Assembly (NCBI GenBank): GCA_013359235.1
Contig: JABWCE010000007.1
Span: forward strand, 26,609-90,608
From: Bacteroidota bacterium
Lineage (GTDB): Bacteria > Bacteroidota > Bacteroidia > NS11-12g > UBA9320
Length of the DNA: 64,000 bases
Reading direction: 5' to 3'
Of this stretch, positions 27,422 through 37,974 are shown in pieces. Made by a program: the position numbers and the translations under genes. The notes under the pieces were generated by a model that saw nothing but the letters and a program-made list of their open reading frames with translations, was not told the DNA's origin and did no database searches. Numbering within the stretch: position 1 is the stretch's first letter; every line of letters starts with the position of its first letter.

Positions 27422-29503
27422 TTACAATTCTTCGGCTATTTGCAATGTTTCATAAAGATATACGTCTTTTCTGAGTGATTTATACCAATCGTTTGCACGG
27501 TCCATTTTTCCTTTATCTTTTTCCATTTCTTGCTTATCTTCGCTTAGTGTTGATATAGAAAACCCTTGTATTTCTTTAAACGAACTTTCAAGTTTTTTGC
27601 TTTGCTCTTTTTTCAATTTTTCTTCAGCCATATACGATTTTAAATTTAGAATTGTAAATTTTTTATCATCTTCTTTTTTAATCCTTTTAGCATTTTCTTC
27701 AATTAATTTAAATGTTTCATTTTCTTTTGTTCTAGCGGCTGATTTTGATTTTACTTTTGATAAATTATGATAGTATTTACTATAAGTTATGTATTTTGCT
27801 GGACTAATTTTATCCCAAATCATTGGAAAATCCTGTTCAGATTCACCTGTTTTTAGATATGTAAAATTATCAGGAAATTCAATATCTGACTCAACGCCTT
27901 TTAATTGAGTAGCTCCTCCATTTATTCTGTAAAATTTTTGAATAGTAATTTTTACCGAACCATAATCTGATGCTTCTTTAGTTCTTATTTTGTCGCTCAG
28001 GTCTATAAACCTTTGAACTGTACCTTTTCCAAATGTTTGGCGGCTTCCTACAATTATTGCACGTTTGTAATCCTGCATTGCTGCTGCAAGTATTTCGCTT
28101 GCCGAAGCACTAAATTCGTTTACCATTACTACAAGCGGACCGTCCCATTCTAAACTTGGGTCATAATCTTCGAGTACTTCTGGGTCTTCGCCACGTGTTT
28201 TCACTTGTACTATCGGACCGTTTTCTACAAACAAACCCGACATATAAACTACATCCTGCAATGAGCCTCCACCATTATTTCTCAAATCAAAAATAATGCT
28301 TGAGGCACCATTATTTTTAAGTTTTCTAATTTCGTTTCTCACATCTGTCCAACTTGTTCTTCCGCCTCCGCCATTGATATCTGTGTAGAATGATGGTAGA
28401 AAAATGTAGCCTACTTTTTTGTGGTCATTATCTTCAATTATTACTGATTTGGCAAATGTTTCATCCAAAATCACTACATCTCTTATAATTTTGATAACTT
28501 TAGTTGAACCATCAGGTTTTTTAACTGTAAGTCTTACTTCGGTACCTTTTGGACCACGAATCATTTTAATAGCATCGTCCATCGGCATATTTACAACATC
28601 AACTGGTTCTTTATTGCCTTGTGCTACTTTAAGTATTATATCGCCTTCTTTCAATTCTCCCTGCAAAGCCGAAGGGCTGCCAGGCACTATTCTTACAACT
28701 TTTATATAGCCATCTTTTTCTTGCAATGAAGCTCCAATACCTTCTAATCTTCCGGATATGCTAATATCAAAATTTTCTTTATCTGCCGGTGGAAAATAGT
28801 TTGTATGAGGATCAAATACAGAAGTTACAGCATTTATATAATAACTTTTTTTCTCATTTTCTTTTGTTTTTTTCCATCTCGCCACAAAATCTTCCTGTGT
28901 TTTCAAAACACTTTTTCTTGCTTGAAGTTCTAAGGTATCATATAACAAGATTTTAACCGATGTATCTTTATTTTGTTTAGCATTTTCTTGAGTTTCAAGA
29001 CTTAAAGCGAGTTTTGTCATCACATTGTATTTCAAAAATTTCGTTAATCTGTCTTTTAATTCAGTTTCATTTTTTGCAAAAGGTTGTTTGTCATCGTAAT
29101 TAAAAATTTCGTTTGAATTAAAATCCATCGGATTTGACAATATTTCTCTATACCATTTTTGATTTTGATTTATTCGGTTTTCATAAATTTCCATAGTTTT
29201 ATCATAAAATTCATAATCTCCGTTTTTTGCAAAATCATCAATTTTTGTTTTATAAATCGAAATTTTTTCTATATCTTCTTGTGTGAAAAATCTTTTGTTT
29301 GCATCTAAAACTGTAATAAATTCATCAAATACTTTTTTCGAAAAATCATCATCAATTTTTGGTGGATTATAATGATACATTTCAAGATTTTGCAAAATTG
29401 ATGGCAGTAGCGAACTCTTTACAGAGTCTTGATTTTTTATATAAAAACCTGTAAAAATCAGTGATACAGGTACAATAATTAACAAAAAATTTCTAATCTT
29501 CAT
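27422..29503 (-). CDS. carboxy-terminal processing protease (S41 family, tail-specific protease-like)
   Basis: 693 aa. PDZ region, S41 catalytic region (GASSIIFDLRNNGGG, SASASE). Confidence 0.8.
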   Translation of the reverse strand: MKIRNFLLIIVPVSLIFTGFYIKNQDSVKSSLLPSILQNLEMYHYNPPKIDDDFSKKVFDEFITVLDANKRFFTQEDIEKISIYKTKIDDFAKNGDYEFYDKTMEIYENRINQNQKWYREILSNPMDFNSNEIFNYDDKQPFAKNETELKDRLTKFLKYNVMTKLALSLETQENAKQNKDTSVKILLYDTLELQARKSVLKTQEDFVARWKKTKENEKKSYYINAVTSVFDPHTNYFPPADKENFDISISGRLEGIGASLQEKDGYIKVVRIVPGSPSALQGELKEGDIILKVAQGNKEPVDVVNMPMDDAIKMIRGPKGTEVRLTVKKPDGSTKVIKIIRDVVILDETFAKSVIIEDNDHKKVGYIFLPSFYTDINGGGGRTSWTDVRNEIRKLKNNGASSIIFDLRNNGGGSLQDVVYMSGLFVENGPIVQVKTRGEDPEVLEDYDPSLEWDGPLVVMVNEFSASASEILAAAMQDYKRAIIVGSRQTFGKGTVQRFIDLSDKIRTKEASDYGSVKITIQKFYRINGGATQLKGVESDIEFPDNFTYLKTGESEQDFPMIWDKISPAKYITYSKYYHNLSKVKSKSAARTKENETFKLIEENAKRIKKEDDKKFTILNLKSYMAEEKLKKEQSKKLESSFKEIQGFSISTLSEDKQEMEKDKGKMDRANDWYKSLRKDVYLYETLQIAEEL

Positions 29504-29594
29504 TTAATACAACTATACGATTTTTTTGATTGTTTTATTTTTTATAAATATTAAATTATAGTTTAATGCCTTTCAAAATACGATTAAATTAAAT

Positions 29595-31706
29595 TTAATT
29601 ATTTTCGGGCACAATTTCCTCTTTTTTAGGTTCTTCGTTTGTACTTTCCTCGGTTTTAATTTCTTCGGTTTTAGCCGAAGATTCCATATATTCCTGAAGT
29701 GTGGTTTTGGTTTCGAATGGTCTCTTGCCCAAAATTACCTCCAAATCATGTTGAAAGAGTATTTCTTTATCTAAAAGTTCATGAGCAAGTTTTTCAAGAT
29801 TATCTTTTTGTTTGGTAATCAAATCTTTTGTTCTGATGTATGATTCATTAATTAATTTTCTTACTTCTTCATCTATCATTTTAGCTGTTTCTTCAGAGTA
29901 TGGTTTTCCAAACATGCCAAATTCACCTGTTTCATCTCTAAACGAAACATGACCAACTCTTTCATTCATCCCGTAAAGAGTAATCATAGCGTACGCCATT
30001 TTTGTTACCTTTTCTAAATCATTTTGAGCTCCGGTAGATATTTTTCCAAAAAAAACTTCTTCGGCTGCTCTGCCGCCCAGTGTCATACACATCATATCAA
30101 TCAACTGGTCGGTTCGGTAAAGATATTGTTCTTTTGGCAAATACTGTGCATAACCCAAAGCAGCAATTCCACGAGGTACAATTGAAACTTTTACAAGAGG
30201 GTCGGCAAATTCGAGAAACCAACCTACAATTGCATGACCTGATTCATGGTATGCAACTATTTTTTTCTCATCGGGCGAAATAAGTTTATTTTTCTTTTCA
30301 AGTCCGCCAATTACTCTATCAATAGCTGCTTCAAAATCTTTCATACTTATTTCACTCTTATTATTTCGTGCTGCAATTAGGGCTGCTTCATTGCAAACAT
30401 TAGCAATTTCGGCTCCTGCAAAACCAGGAGTTTGTGATGAAAGTTTTTTGGGGTCAATATCTTTGCTGAGTTTTAGCCCTTTTAAATGAACTTTAAATAT
30501 TTCTTCTCTTCCTAATAAATCGGGTTTATCAATAGATATTTGTCTGTCAAATCTACCCGGACGAAGCAATGCTGAATCTAAAATATCGGGGCGGTTTGTA
30601 GCTGCAAGAATTATAACGCCTGAATCTGTTTGAAAGCCGTCCATTTCAGTAAGCAATTGGTTTAGGGTACTTTCGCGTTCGTCATTTCCTCCCTGAATTG
30701 CACTTTTTCCTCTTGCTCTTCCAACTGCGTCAATTTCATCAATAAATATAATACAAGGTGCTTTTTCTTTTGCTTGTCTGAACAAATCTCGTACACGGCT
30801 TGCTCCTACTCCAACAAACATTTCAACAAAATCTGAACCCGAAAGTGAAAAAAATGGGACATTGGCTTCGCCTGCTACTGCTTTTGCCATAAGTGTTTTA
30901 CCGGTACCAGGAGGTCCTATAAGCAATGCTCCTTTAGGTATTTTACCACCAAGCTCTGTGTATTTTTTAGGGTTTTTCAAAAAATCTACTATTTCCATCA
31001 CTTCTGTTTTTGCCTCTTCAAGTCCTGCTACATCTTTAAAAGTAATGTTCACTTTCGTATCTTTATCAAACAATTGAGCTTTGCTTCTTCCAATATTAAA
31101 AATCTGTCCACCACCACTACCGCCTCCACCAACTCTTCTCATCATTATAAACCAAAATAATCCGAATATTGAAAGCATGATTATCCAAGGCATAAATTCT
31201 TGCAGATAATTGCTTCTTATTTGAGGGTCAATACTCACTCTTTCATTGTCTGCAACATTTTCTTGTGCTTTTTCAACCAGTCGGCTAAAGGTTTCAAAGT
31301 CGCCAATATCTTCAAGAACATACGTTGGAGATTTTGAATCATTAAATACACTTCCATTATCAATATCTTTTTTATATTCAGTTTTTAGTTTTGCCGAATC
31401 GGTAAGAAAAATTTCTGCTTTTGCTCTGTTTATTACTATCAATCGGCTCACATCGCCTTTTGATAGCATTGTTTTAAGTTCTTTGGTTGTAATTGTTTTT
31501 GCAGAATTACCGGAATAATATGAAAAAAAAAGAAAAACGACTGCCAATATGCCATAAACCCAATAAAAGCTGAATTTGGGTGATGATGGTTTTTTGTTTT
31601 TATTAAATGGATTATTGTCGGGCTGATTGTTGTTATCGCTTGAATTTTGATTGCGTTTAAACACAATTTTGGGTTTGTGTTCTTTATTTTGCTGTGGATT
31701 TTCCAT
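29595..31706 (-). CDS. ftsH: ATP-dependent zinc metalloprotease FtsH
   Basis: 703 aa. Walker [18 protein letters not shown] zinc motif, N-terminal TM segments. Confidence 0.9.
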   Translation of the reverse strand: MENPQQNKEHKPKIVFKRNQNSSDNNNQPDNNPFNKNKKPSSPKFSFYWVYGILAVVFLFFSYYSGNSAKTITTKELKTMLSKGDVSRLIVINRAKAEIFLTDSAKLKTEYKKDIDNGSVFNDSKSPTYVLEDIGDFETFSRLVEKAQENVADNERVSIDPQIRSNYLQEFMPWIIMLSIFGLFWFIMMRRVGGGGSGGGQIFNIGRSKAQLFDKDTKVNITFKDVAGLEEAKTEVMEIVDFLKNPKKYTELGGKIPKGALLIGPPGTGKTLMAKAVAGEANVPFFSLSGSDFVEMFVGVGASRVRDLFRQAKEKAPCIIFIDEIDAVGRARGKSAIQGGNDERESTLNQLLTEMDGFQTDSGVIILAATNRPDILDSALLRPGRFDRQISIDKPDLLGREEIFKVHLKGLKLSKDIDPKKLSSQTPGFAGAEIANVCNEAALIAARNNKSEISMKDFEAAIDRVIGGLEKKNKLISPDEKKIVAYHESGHAIVGWFLEFADPLVKVSIVPRGIAALGYAQYLPKEQYLYRTDQLIDMMCMTLGGRAAEEVFFGKISTGAQNDLEKVTKMAYAMITLYGMNERVGHVSFRDETGEFGMFGKPYSEETAKMIDEEVRKLINESYIRTKDLITKQKDNLEKLAHELLDKEILFQHDLEVILGKRPFETKTTLQEYMESSAKTEEIKTEESTNEEPKKEEIVPENN

Positions 31707-31825
31707 CTCTATTAAAATGTAACTTTATATAAAAACAATTGATATGCCAAAAGGATTACAAACATAATTTAAAAATTTATATTGATGTTCATTTATAGTA
31801 TTAATTATATTTGATTTTGTCAAAC

Positions 31826-31833
31826 TATCTTTG
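31826..31833 (+). promoter_or_regulatory. candidate -7 element TATCTTTG upstream of kbl
   Basis: TAnnTTTG match about 25 nt upstream of the ATG at 31859, with TTG motifs further upstream. Confidence 0.25.
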
Positions 31834-31858
31834 CCGAAAATAAAAAAATTTAAAAAAA

Positions 31859-33049
31859 ATGTATAATACTTTACAACCCGTATTACAAAAAGAACTTTTA
31901 GATATTGAAGAATCAGGTTTGTATAAACGTGAAAGGATAATTGCTTCGCCACAAGGGGCTGAAATTACTCTTGAAGACGGAAGAAGTGTTATTAACTTTT
32001 GTGCTAATAATTATCTTGGGCTTTCGTCACATCCAAAAGTGATAGATGCTGCAAAAAAAGCAATTGACACACATGGATACGGTATGAGTAGTGTGAGATT
32101 TATTTGTGGTACACAAAACATACACAAAACTTTAGAAAGAAAAATATCAGAATTTCTTGAAACCGAAGACACAATATTATATGCTGCCGCATTTGATGCT
32201 AATGGCGGTGTTTTTGAGCCTTTATTTGATGAAAGAGATGCTATAATCAGTGATGCCCTAAACCATGCTTCAATTATTGATGGTGTAAGACTTTGCAAAG
32301 CGCAGCGTTTTCGCTATATTAATGATGATATGCAGGACTTGGAAAAAAATTTAATTGAAACTCAAAATTTAAGACACCGTATAATTGTTACCGACGGGGT
32401 TTTTAGTATGGATGGAACTATAGCCAGATTAGATAAAATAGTAGAATTAGCCGAAAAATACAACGCACTAATAATGATAGATGAATGCCATGCAAGTGGT
32501 TTTATGGGTAAAACCGGACGAGGTACACATGAGTACAGAGGCGTGATGGGAAAAATTGATATTATTACAGGCACACTTGGCAAAGCTTTAGGTGGAGCAT
32601 CAGGTGGTTTTACAAGTGGGCGTAAAGAAATAATTGATATGCTCAGGCAGAGGTCACGTCCTTATCTTTTCAGCAACACGCTTGCACCTTCAATAGTTGG
32701 AGCTTCTATTGCTGTTTTTGATATGCTTAGCGAAACAACCGAACTTAGAGATAAACTTGAATTAAATACAATTTATTTCAGAGAGCAGATGACTAAAGCC
32801 GGATTTGATATAAAACCCGGTATTCATCCAATATGCCCAATTATGCTTTACGATGCGAAATTAGCTCAGATCTTTGCAGAAGAACTTTTGAATGAAGGAA
32901 TTTACGTTATAGGCTTCTATTACCCAGTAGTAGCAAATGGTATGGCTCGAATTAGGGTTCAAATTTCTGCAGCTCATGAACGTCATCACCTTGATAAAGC
33001 AATATCAGCTTTTAGCAAAATAGGCAAAAAACTTGAGGTTATTAAATAA
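31859..33049 (+). CDS. kbl: glycine C-acetyltransferase (2-amino-3-ketobutyrate CoA ligase)
   Basis: 396 aa PLP-dependent class-II aminotransferase. [10 protein letters not shown] and [10 protein letters not shown] motifs. Confidence 0.8.
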   Translation: MYNTLQPVLQKELLDIEESGLYKRERIIASPQGAEITLEDGRSVINFCANNYLGLSSHPKVIDAAKKAIDTHGYGMSSVRFICGTQNIHKTLERKISEFLETEDTILYAAAFDANGGVFEPLFDERDAIISDALNHASIIDGVRLCKAQRFRYINDDMQDLEKNLIETQNLRHRIIVTDGVFSMDGTIARLDKIVELAEKYNALIMIDECHASGFMGKTGRGTHEYRGVMGKIDIITGTLGKALGGASGGFTSGRKEIIDMLRQRSRPYLFSNTLAPSIVGASIAVFDMLSETTELRDKLELNTIYFREQMTKAGFDIKPGIHPICPIMLYDAKLAQIFAEELLNEGIYVIGFYYPVVANGMARIRVQISAAHERHHLDKAISAFSKIGKKLEVIK

Positions 33050-33060
33050 TTAAGGTTTTA

Positions 33061-33957
33061 ATGCAATTAAAAATTTGGCAAAAAGCCATAAGACTCAAAA
33101 CATTGCCCTTAGCATCAGGGGGTATAATGTTAGGGAGTTTTCTTGCCGCTTATGAATACTCTTTTTCAGTAAAAATTTTTATTTTTTCACTTTTAACGGC
33201 AGTATTCCTTCAAATACTTTCAAATCTATCAAACGATTATGGTGATTTTAAAAAAGGTACAGATAATACTGCTAATCGTACAGATAGGGCGTTGAGTTCT
33301 GGTCAAGTTACTGAAAAATCAATGAAAAATGCAATAATATTCATGTCAGTTGCCAGCTTTTTAACCGGCATTATATTGTTAGTTCTTTCATTCAAAAAAA
33401 TAGATTCAAATTTCATAATTTGGCTTACAATAGGTTTGACGGCAATTGTTGCTTCAATTAAATACACGGTTGGTAAAAACGCTTATGGTTACAAGGGCTG
33501 GGGAGATTTTTTTGTACTTGTTTTTTTTGGATATGTTTCGGTTGTAGGTTCTTATTATTTAATGAGCGGCAGGCTTCACTCATTGGTTTTATTACCTTCT
33601 ACTGCTTTTGGCTTATTGTGTGTTGCAGTTTTAAACATTAATAATTTGAGGGACATTGATAGTGATAAAATATCAGGGAAAAAAACTATAGCTGTAATTT
33701 TAGGTTATAAAAATGCTTTAATTTATCAATATTCTCTACTGTTTACTGCAATTTTAATTTTTATTTATTTCTCAAAAATTACTCAAACCGAGTTTGACTA
33801 TATTGTACCGCCAATTGCCGCAATTTTTTATTATTTTGCATTGAAAAAAATTTCAAAACCCACAGCCGCTACTAAAGATTACAACCAAGCATTGAAAAAC
33901 GTATCATTGATTAATTTAATATTAGTAATTGTTTTAGGTATTTTTTGGATTATGTAA
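33061..33957 (+). CDS. menA: 1,4-dihydroxy-2-naphthoate polyprenyltransferase
   Basis: 298 aa UbiA-family membrane prenyltransferase. RLKTLPLASGG start and NDYGDFKKG (Asp-rich) motif. Confidence 0.75.
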   Translation: MQLKIWQKAIRLKTLPLASGGIMLGSFLAAYEYSFSVKIFIFSLLTAVFLQILSNLSNDYGDFKKGTDNTANRTDRALSSGQVTEKSMKNAIIFMSVASFLTGIILLVLSFKKIDSNFIIWLTIGLTAIVASIKYTVGKNAYGYKGWGDFFVLVFFGYVSVVGSYYLMSGRLHSLVLLPSTAFGLLCVAVLNINNLRDIDSDKISGKKTIAVILGYKNALIYQYSLLFTAILIFIYFSKITQTEFDYIVPPIAAIFYYFALKKISKPTAATKDYNQALKNVSLINLILVIVLGIFWIM

Positions 33958-34979
33958 TGAAACTTCAATTTGCGGTTGAAAAACACACTTTAAAATTTAT
34001 TACTCCGACAAAAACCTCACGCAATACTTTTGACGAAAAACTGCACTGGATAATAAAAATTTGGGATGTTAAAAAACCTGAAATTGCAGGAATAGGAGAG
34101 GCAGCACCGTTGCAGTATTTAAGCCCTGAGTACAACCAAAACCTTGAAATAACATTAATTAAAAAACTCGATGAAATAGTATCTGGCAAAAGATTGGAAG
34201 ATATTGACTTTTGCAAACTTCCTTCTGTAAAATTTGCAATTGAAAGTGCTTTGATTGATTTAAAAAATGGAGGTAAGCAAATTTATTACAATTCGGCATT
34301 TTTAAAAGGAAAACCCATACCTATAAATGGCTTGGTTTGGATGAATACACCAAATGAAATGCTTAAAGAAGCAATTGAAAAAGCAAAATTGGGTTTTAAT
34401 TGTATTAAATTTAAAATTGGCAGCCATGATTTTGACGAAGAATGTAAGATGATTGAAACATTTAGAAAAAGTGAATGGGGAAAAAACTGTATTATAAGAC
34501 TGGACGCTAATGGTGCTTTTGAAAATGATGAAGCATTGAAAAAAATAAGTGAATTATCAAAATTTAAAATTGATTCAATTGAACAGCCTGTTAAACCGGG
34601 TCAATTTGATGTTTTAGAAAATATATGCCGAAATTCAAAAGTAAAAATTGCTCTTGATGAAGAATTAATAAATATTGATGATTTTGAAAATATTGACCAA
34701 TTTTTAAAATTGATAAGACCTCAAATTATCATAATAAAACCAACACTTTTGGGTGGAATTGCAGAAAGTGAAAAATGGATTGCAAAATCAAAAAAATACG
34801 AAATTGACTGGTGGGCAACGTCTGCATTAGAGTCAAACATTGGATTAAATATAATTTCGCAATGGGTTGGCAAATCTAAACCAGTATTACATCAGGGGCT
34901 TGGAACAGGTAAACTGTATAAAAATAATTTTGCAATTAAATCAAATATATCTAACGGTCAACTCTATTACCGAGTTTAA
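33945..34979 (+). CDS. menC: o-succinylbenzoate synthase (enolase superfamily)
   Basis: 344 aa. Enolase-superfamily capping and TIM barrel with KxK and Asp/Glu metal ligands (IRLDANGAF, LDEE). Adjacent to menA. Confidence 0.7.
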   Translation: MDYVMKLQFAVEKHTLKFITPTKTSRNTFDEKLHWIIKIWDVKKPEIAGIGEAAPLQYLSPEYNQNLEITLIKKLDEIVSGKRLEDIDFCKLPSVKFAIESALIDLKNGGKQIYYNSAFLKGKPIPINGLVWMNTPNEMLKEAIEKAKLGFNCIKFKIGSHDFDEECKMIETFRKSEWGKNCIIRLDANGAFENDEALKKISELSKFKIDSIEQPVKPGQFDVLENICRNSKVKIALDEELINIDDFENIDQFLKLIRPQIIIIKPTLLGGIAESEKWIAKSKKYEIDWWATSALESNIGLNIISQWVGKSKPVLHQGLGTGKLYKNNFAIKSNISNGQLYYRV

Positions 34980-35928
34980 ACCAGTTTTCGGGTTCATTTT
35001 CAATCTCAATTTTTATTGGAATATATGCAATACATATTTTAGAGTTTTTATAAAAATTACCAATTCTCATAAAATCTTTTTCAGTTGTCAAAATCATTGT
35101 ATCGCCTATTGAATTTAATTTCCTATTTATTTTTTCAATTTCAGAAATATTAAAATTATAATGATCGGCAAATTTGAAATGATGAATAATTTCAAAATTT
35201 TCTTTTTTTACAAAATCAATAAAAGGTTTGTGATTAGCAATACCTGTTACTAAAATCACTTTTTTTGTTAGTTTTCCATTAAAAATTATCGGGGTTCCAT
35301 ATTTGATGCTCGAAAATAAAATGTTTTTTTTTAGTACATCGTTCGGAATTTTCAAATTTATAATCTTTGGGCATTTAGTAATAATTATTACATCGGCCCT
35401 TTTATAACCAGACACAAATTCTCTAAGTGAACCACATGGCAATACACAATCATTCCAAAATGGTTTTGAATAATCTGTTAGTAATACATTCAAATCGCGT
35501 TTTACATACCTATGCTGAAAGGCATCATCAAGTAAAATTAATTCGGTATGCGGAAAATCATTTAAAATTTTTTCAATAGCTACAGTTCTTTTCTCACATA
35601 CTGCAACTATTATTTCGTTGTATTTTATCTTTATTTGCAGAGGTTCATCACCTGCATTTTCAGCAATATCTTCAACTTCAACATACCTAAAACCTTTGGT
35701 TTTTCTTCCATAACCACGACTAACAACCGCTATTTTTTTTTGTTTAATATATTTTTCGATTAAATATTCAATATGTGGTGTTTTTCCTGTTCCACCCAAT
35801 GATAAATTTCCAACACTGATTGTCTCTACATCGTATTTCTTTTGTTTTAAAATATTAAAATCAAATAATTTATTTCTTATAAAAGTTATAAGACCATAAA
35901 TAAAAGATAGCGGATATAATAATTTCAA
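34951..35928 (-). CDS. lpxK: tetraacyldisaccharide 4'-kinase
   Basis: 325 aa. VGNLSLGGTGKTP Walker A and VVSRGYGRK motif. Confidence 0.8.
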   Translation of the reverse strand: MKLLYPLSFIYGLITFIRNKLFDFNILKQKKYDVETISVGNLSLGGTGKTPHIEYLIEKYIKQKKIAVVSRGYGRKTKGFRYVEVEDIAENAGDEPLQIKIKYNEIIVAVCEKRTVAIEKILNDFPHTELILLDDAFQHRYVKRDLNVLLTDYSKPFWNDCVLPCGSLREFVSGYKRADVIIITKCPKIINLKIPNDVLKKNILFSSIKYGTPIIFNGKLTKKVILVTGIANHKPFIDFVKKENFEIIHHFKFADHYNFNISEIEKINRKLNSIGDTMILTTEKDFMRIGNFYKNSKICIAYIPIKIEIENEPENWFKLGNRVDR

Positions 35929-36024
35929 AATTTTTAATAAATAAATATTCGAATTAAACGAATTATTGCACTTGAAAAAATCACTGTCTATTAAAATATG
36001 CTTTTATGTACAAAAAAATGAATT

Positions 36025-36057
36025 AAAAAGCCCTTGCGAATGCAAGGGCTTTGTTTT
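36025..36057 (-). terminator. Rho-independent terminator after first DUF1573 gene (bidirectional hairpin)
   Basis: Stem AGCCCTTGC-GAAT-GCAAGGGCT (9 bp, GC-rich) flanked by an A-run on one side and a T-run on the other. Confidence 0.55.
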
Positions 36058-36091
36058 ACTGAAAAATTTATAATGCAATTCTAAAATCTTC

Positions 36092-36502
36092 TTAATTGCT
36101 TACTACTCCTTTTATTATTAAATATTCTGTTCCAGAAGCTCCATTGTGCTTAACAGTAATTGTTTTATTGAAAGTACCGGGTTTGTTTTTCGAATCAAAA
36201 ACCACTTTAATTTTTGAAGATTTCCCCGGTAAAAGAGGCTCTTTTGACCAATCAGGCGATGTACAACTGCAAGGTGTAATTACATCTGTAATAATAAGTG
36301 GTGCTTTGCCATTATTGGTGTATATAAATTCATACGTCGCTTTTGTTCCTTCTGTTATTTTTCCAAAATCATGAATTTTTTCGTTAAATTTTATATTTGA
36401 CTGTTCATCAGCGTATAAAGTTATTTTCTTCTTTCCACTTTGACTAAATGAACTTATTGAAATTAAAATTAAAACTAAAGATAAAATTTTTTGGCGAGTC
36501 AT
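36092..36502 (-). CDS. DUF1573-domain lipoprotein
   Basis: 136 aa, signal peptide, IHDFGKITEGTKATYEFIYTNNGKAPLIITDV...PCSCTSPDW typical of DUF1573. Confidence 0.7.
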   Translation of the reverse strand: MTRQKILSLVLILISISSFSQSGKKKITLYADEQSNIKFNEKIHDFGKITEGTKATYEFIYTNNGKAPLIITDVITPCSCTSPDWSKEPLLPGKSSKIKVVFDSKNKPGTFNKTITVKHNGASGTEYLIIKGVVSN

Positions 36503-36542
36503 TGCTTATAAATTTACAAAAATTATGCCATCTGTCTATAAA

Positions 36543-36577
36543 TTAAAAAAGCCGATTAGTAAACTACCAATCGGCTT
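36543..36577 (-). terminator. Rho-independent terminator after second DUF1573 gene
   Basis: Perfect 9-bp stem AAGCCGATT / AATCGGCTT with 11-nt loop, followed on the minus strand by TTTTTT. Confidence 0.6.
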
Positions 36578-36596
36578 AAATTTATAAAATATTTTA

Positions 36597-37088
36597 TTAA
36601 TTATTAGGTGTTACTACCGGTGTTTGAGGGGTAACAGGAGCTTGCTCAACAAAACCTTTAATAGTTAAAAATTCTGTATTTGATTCTGCAGGTCCATTAT
36701 ATTTTACAGTAATGGTTTTTGTAAAATTACCAGGACGACCCGAGCTATTGAAAGTAGCAGTTACTTTTCCTTTTTTACCTGGTGCAACTGGTTCTTTACT
36801 CCATTCAGGAGTTGTACATCCACAACTTGCCTGAACTGATTCAAGTAATAATGGAGCATTTCCTGTGTTTACAAATTCAAATGTAAAAGTTGCCTGTGTG
36901 CCTTCTGTAATATTCCCAAAATCGTGAATTATTTCGTTAAATTTAATTTTTGGCACTCCATCGGCTACAATTTCAATCTTTTTGTCATCTTCTTTTTGAG
37001 TAGCTTTCTTGCTTTTTTTACCTCTTTGAGCATCTGTTAATCCTACCAAACCGATACTTAATAATGCAATTAATACAATTTTTTTCAT
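36597..37088 (-). CDS. DUF1573-domain lipoprotein (paralog)
   Basis: 163 aa. IHDFGNITEGTQATFTFEFVNTGNAPLLLESVQASCGCTTPEW. Confidence 0.7.
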   Translation of the reverse strand: MKKIVLIALLSIGLVGLTDAQRGKKSKKATQKEDDKKIEIVADGVPKIKFNEIIHDFGNITEGTQATFTFEFVNTGNAPLLLESVQASCGCTTPEWSKEPVAPGKKGKVTATFNSSGRPGNFTKTITVKYNGPAESNTEFLTIKGFVEQAPVTPQTPVVTPNN

Positions 37089-37145
37089 TTTATTTATCTT
37101 TTATTTTTTTTACAAATTTATACAAATTAAATGCCAAAATACTAA

Positions 37146-37916
37146 TTAAAATTTTGGTTTTCTTTTTTCGTTAAATGCGTTAGTTCCTTCAATAAAATCT
37201 GATGTGCCGAATGAGTTTCCAAATTCTTTATTTTCTGTTTCGAATCCGCTTTGTGTACTTTCAAAATGTTTGTTTACACATTCAATAACTTTTGCAACTG
37301 CCGAAGGCGATTTTTCAGTTATTTTATTTATTAATTCTTTGCAATACTCCAATAAATTTTCAATGGGTACAATTTTAGTTATCAAACCATATTCGAGGGC
37401 TTGCTGAGCATTGATTATATCTGCCGTAATAAGCAATTCAAGTGCCCTACCCTTCCCAATAAGTTGTACAAGTCTTTGTGTTCCGCCATATCCGGGTGGC
37501 AATCCAAGATTTACCTCGGGTTGACCAAATTTTGCGTTTTCTGATGCAATTCTTATGTGGCACGACATTGCAAGTTCATTTCCACCACCAAGGCTAAATC
37601 CATTTACTGCAGCAATTGTCGGAATTTTTGAATTTTCTAAAGTATTCATTACCGAATGACCATCTATACTCATTTTTGTTCCTTGCTCATCATTAAAATC
37701 TTTGAATTCTGCAATATCAGCACCTGCGGCAAATGCTTTGTTTCCTTTTCCGGTTAAAATTATTCCTCTAATTTCCTTATTGTTTTGTACACTCAATACT
37801 GCATGTTTAATTTCTTGAAGTGTTTCTATGTTCAGTGCATTAAGTTTGTTTTCTCTGTTTATTGTGATTATAAAAGCATTATTTTCTTGTTTGGTTATGA
37901 TATTATTATATTTCAT
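37146..37916 (-). CDS. enoyl-CoA hydratase/isomerase (crotonase) family protein
   Basis: 256 aa. GKGNKAFAAGADI oxyanion region and GGGNELAMSCH. Confidence 0.8.
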   Translation of the reverse strand: MKYNNIITKQENNAFIITINRENKLNALNIETLQEIKHAVLSVQNNKEIRGIILTGKGNKAFAAGADIAEFKDFNDEQGTKMSIDGHSVMNTLENSKIPTIAAVNGFSLGGGNELAMSCHIRIASENAKFGQPEVNLGLPPGYGGTQRLVQLIGKGRALELLITADIINAQQALEYGLITKIVPIENLLEYCKELINKITEKSPSAVAKVIECVNKHFESTQSGFETENKEFGNSFGTSDFIEGTNAFNEKRKPKF

Positions 37917-37974
37917 TAATATTGAAAATAGATATGGAAAAAGTTCTAATTAATTTTTATTTTTTTTAAAATCT

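Noticed and set aside
37146-37916. Calling the crotonase-family gene menB because menA/menC are nearby
   Set aside because: It is 256 aa and lacks the naphthoate-synthase-specific extended C-terminus and signature. It is also on the opposite strand and separated from menA/menC by lpxK and two DUF1573 genes. Generic enoyl-CoA hydratase is the safer call.
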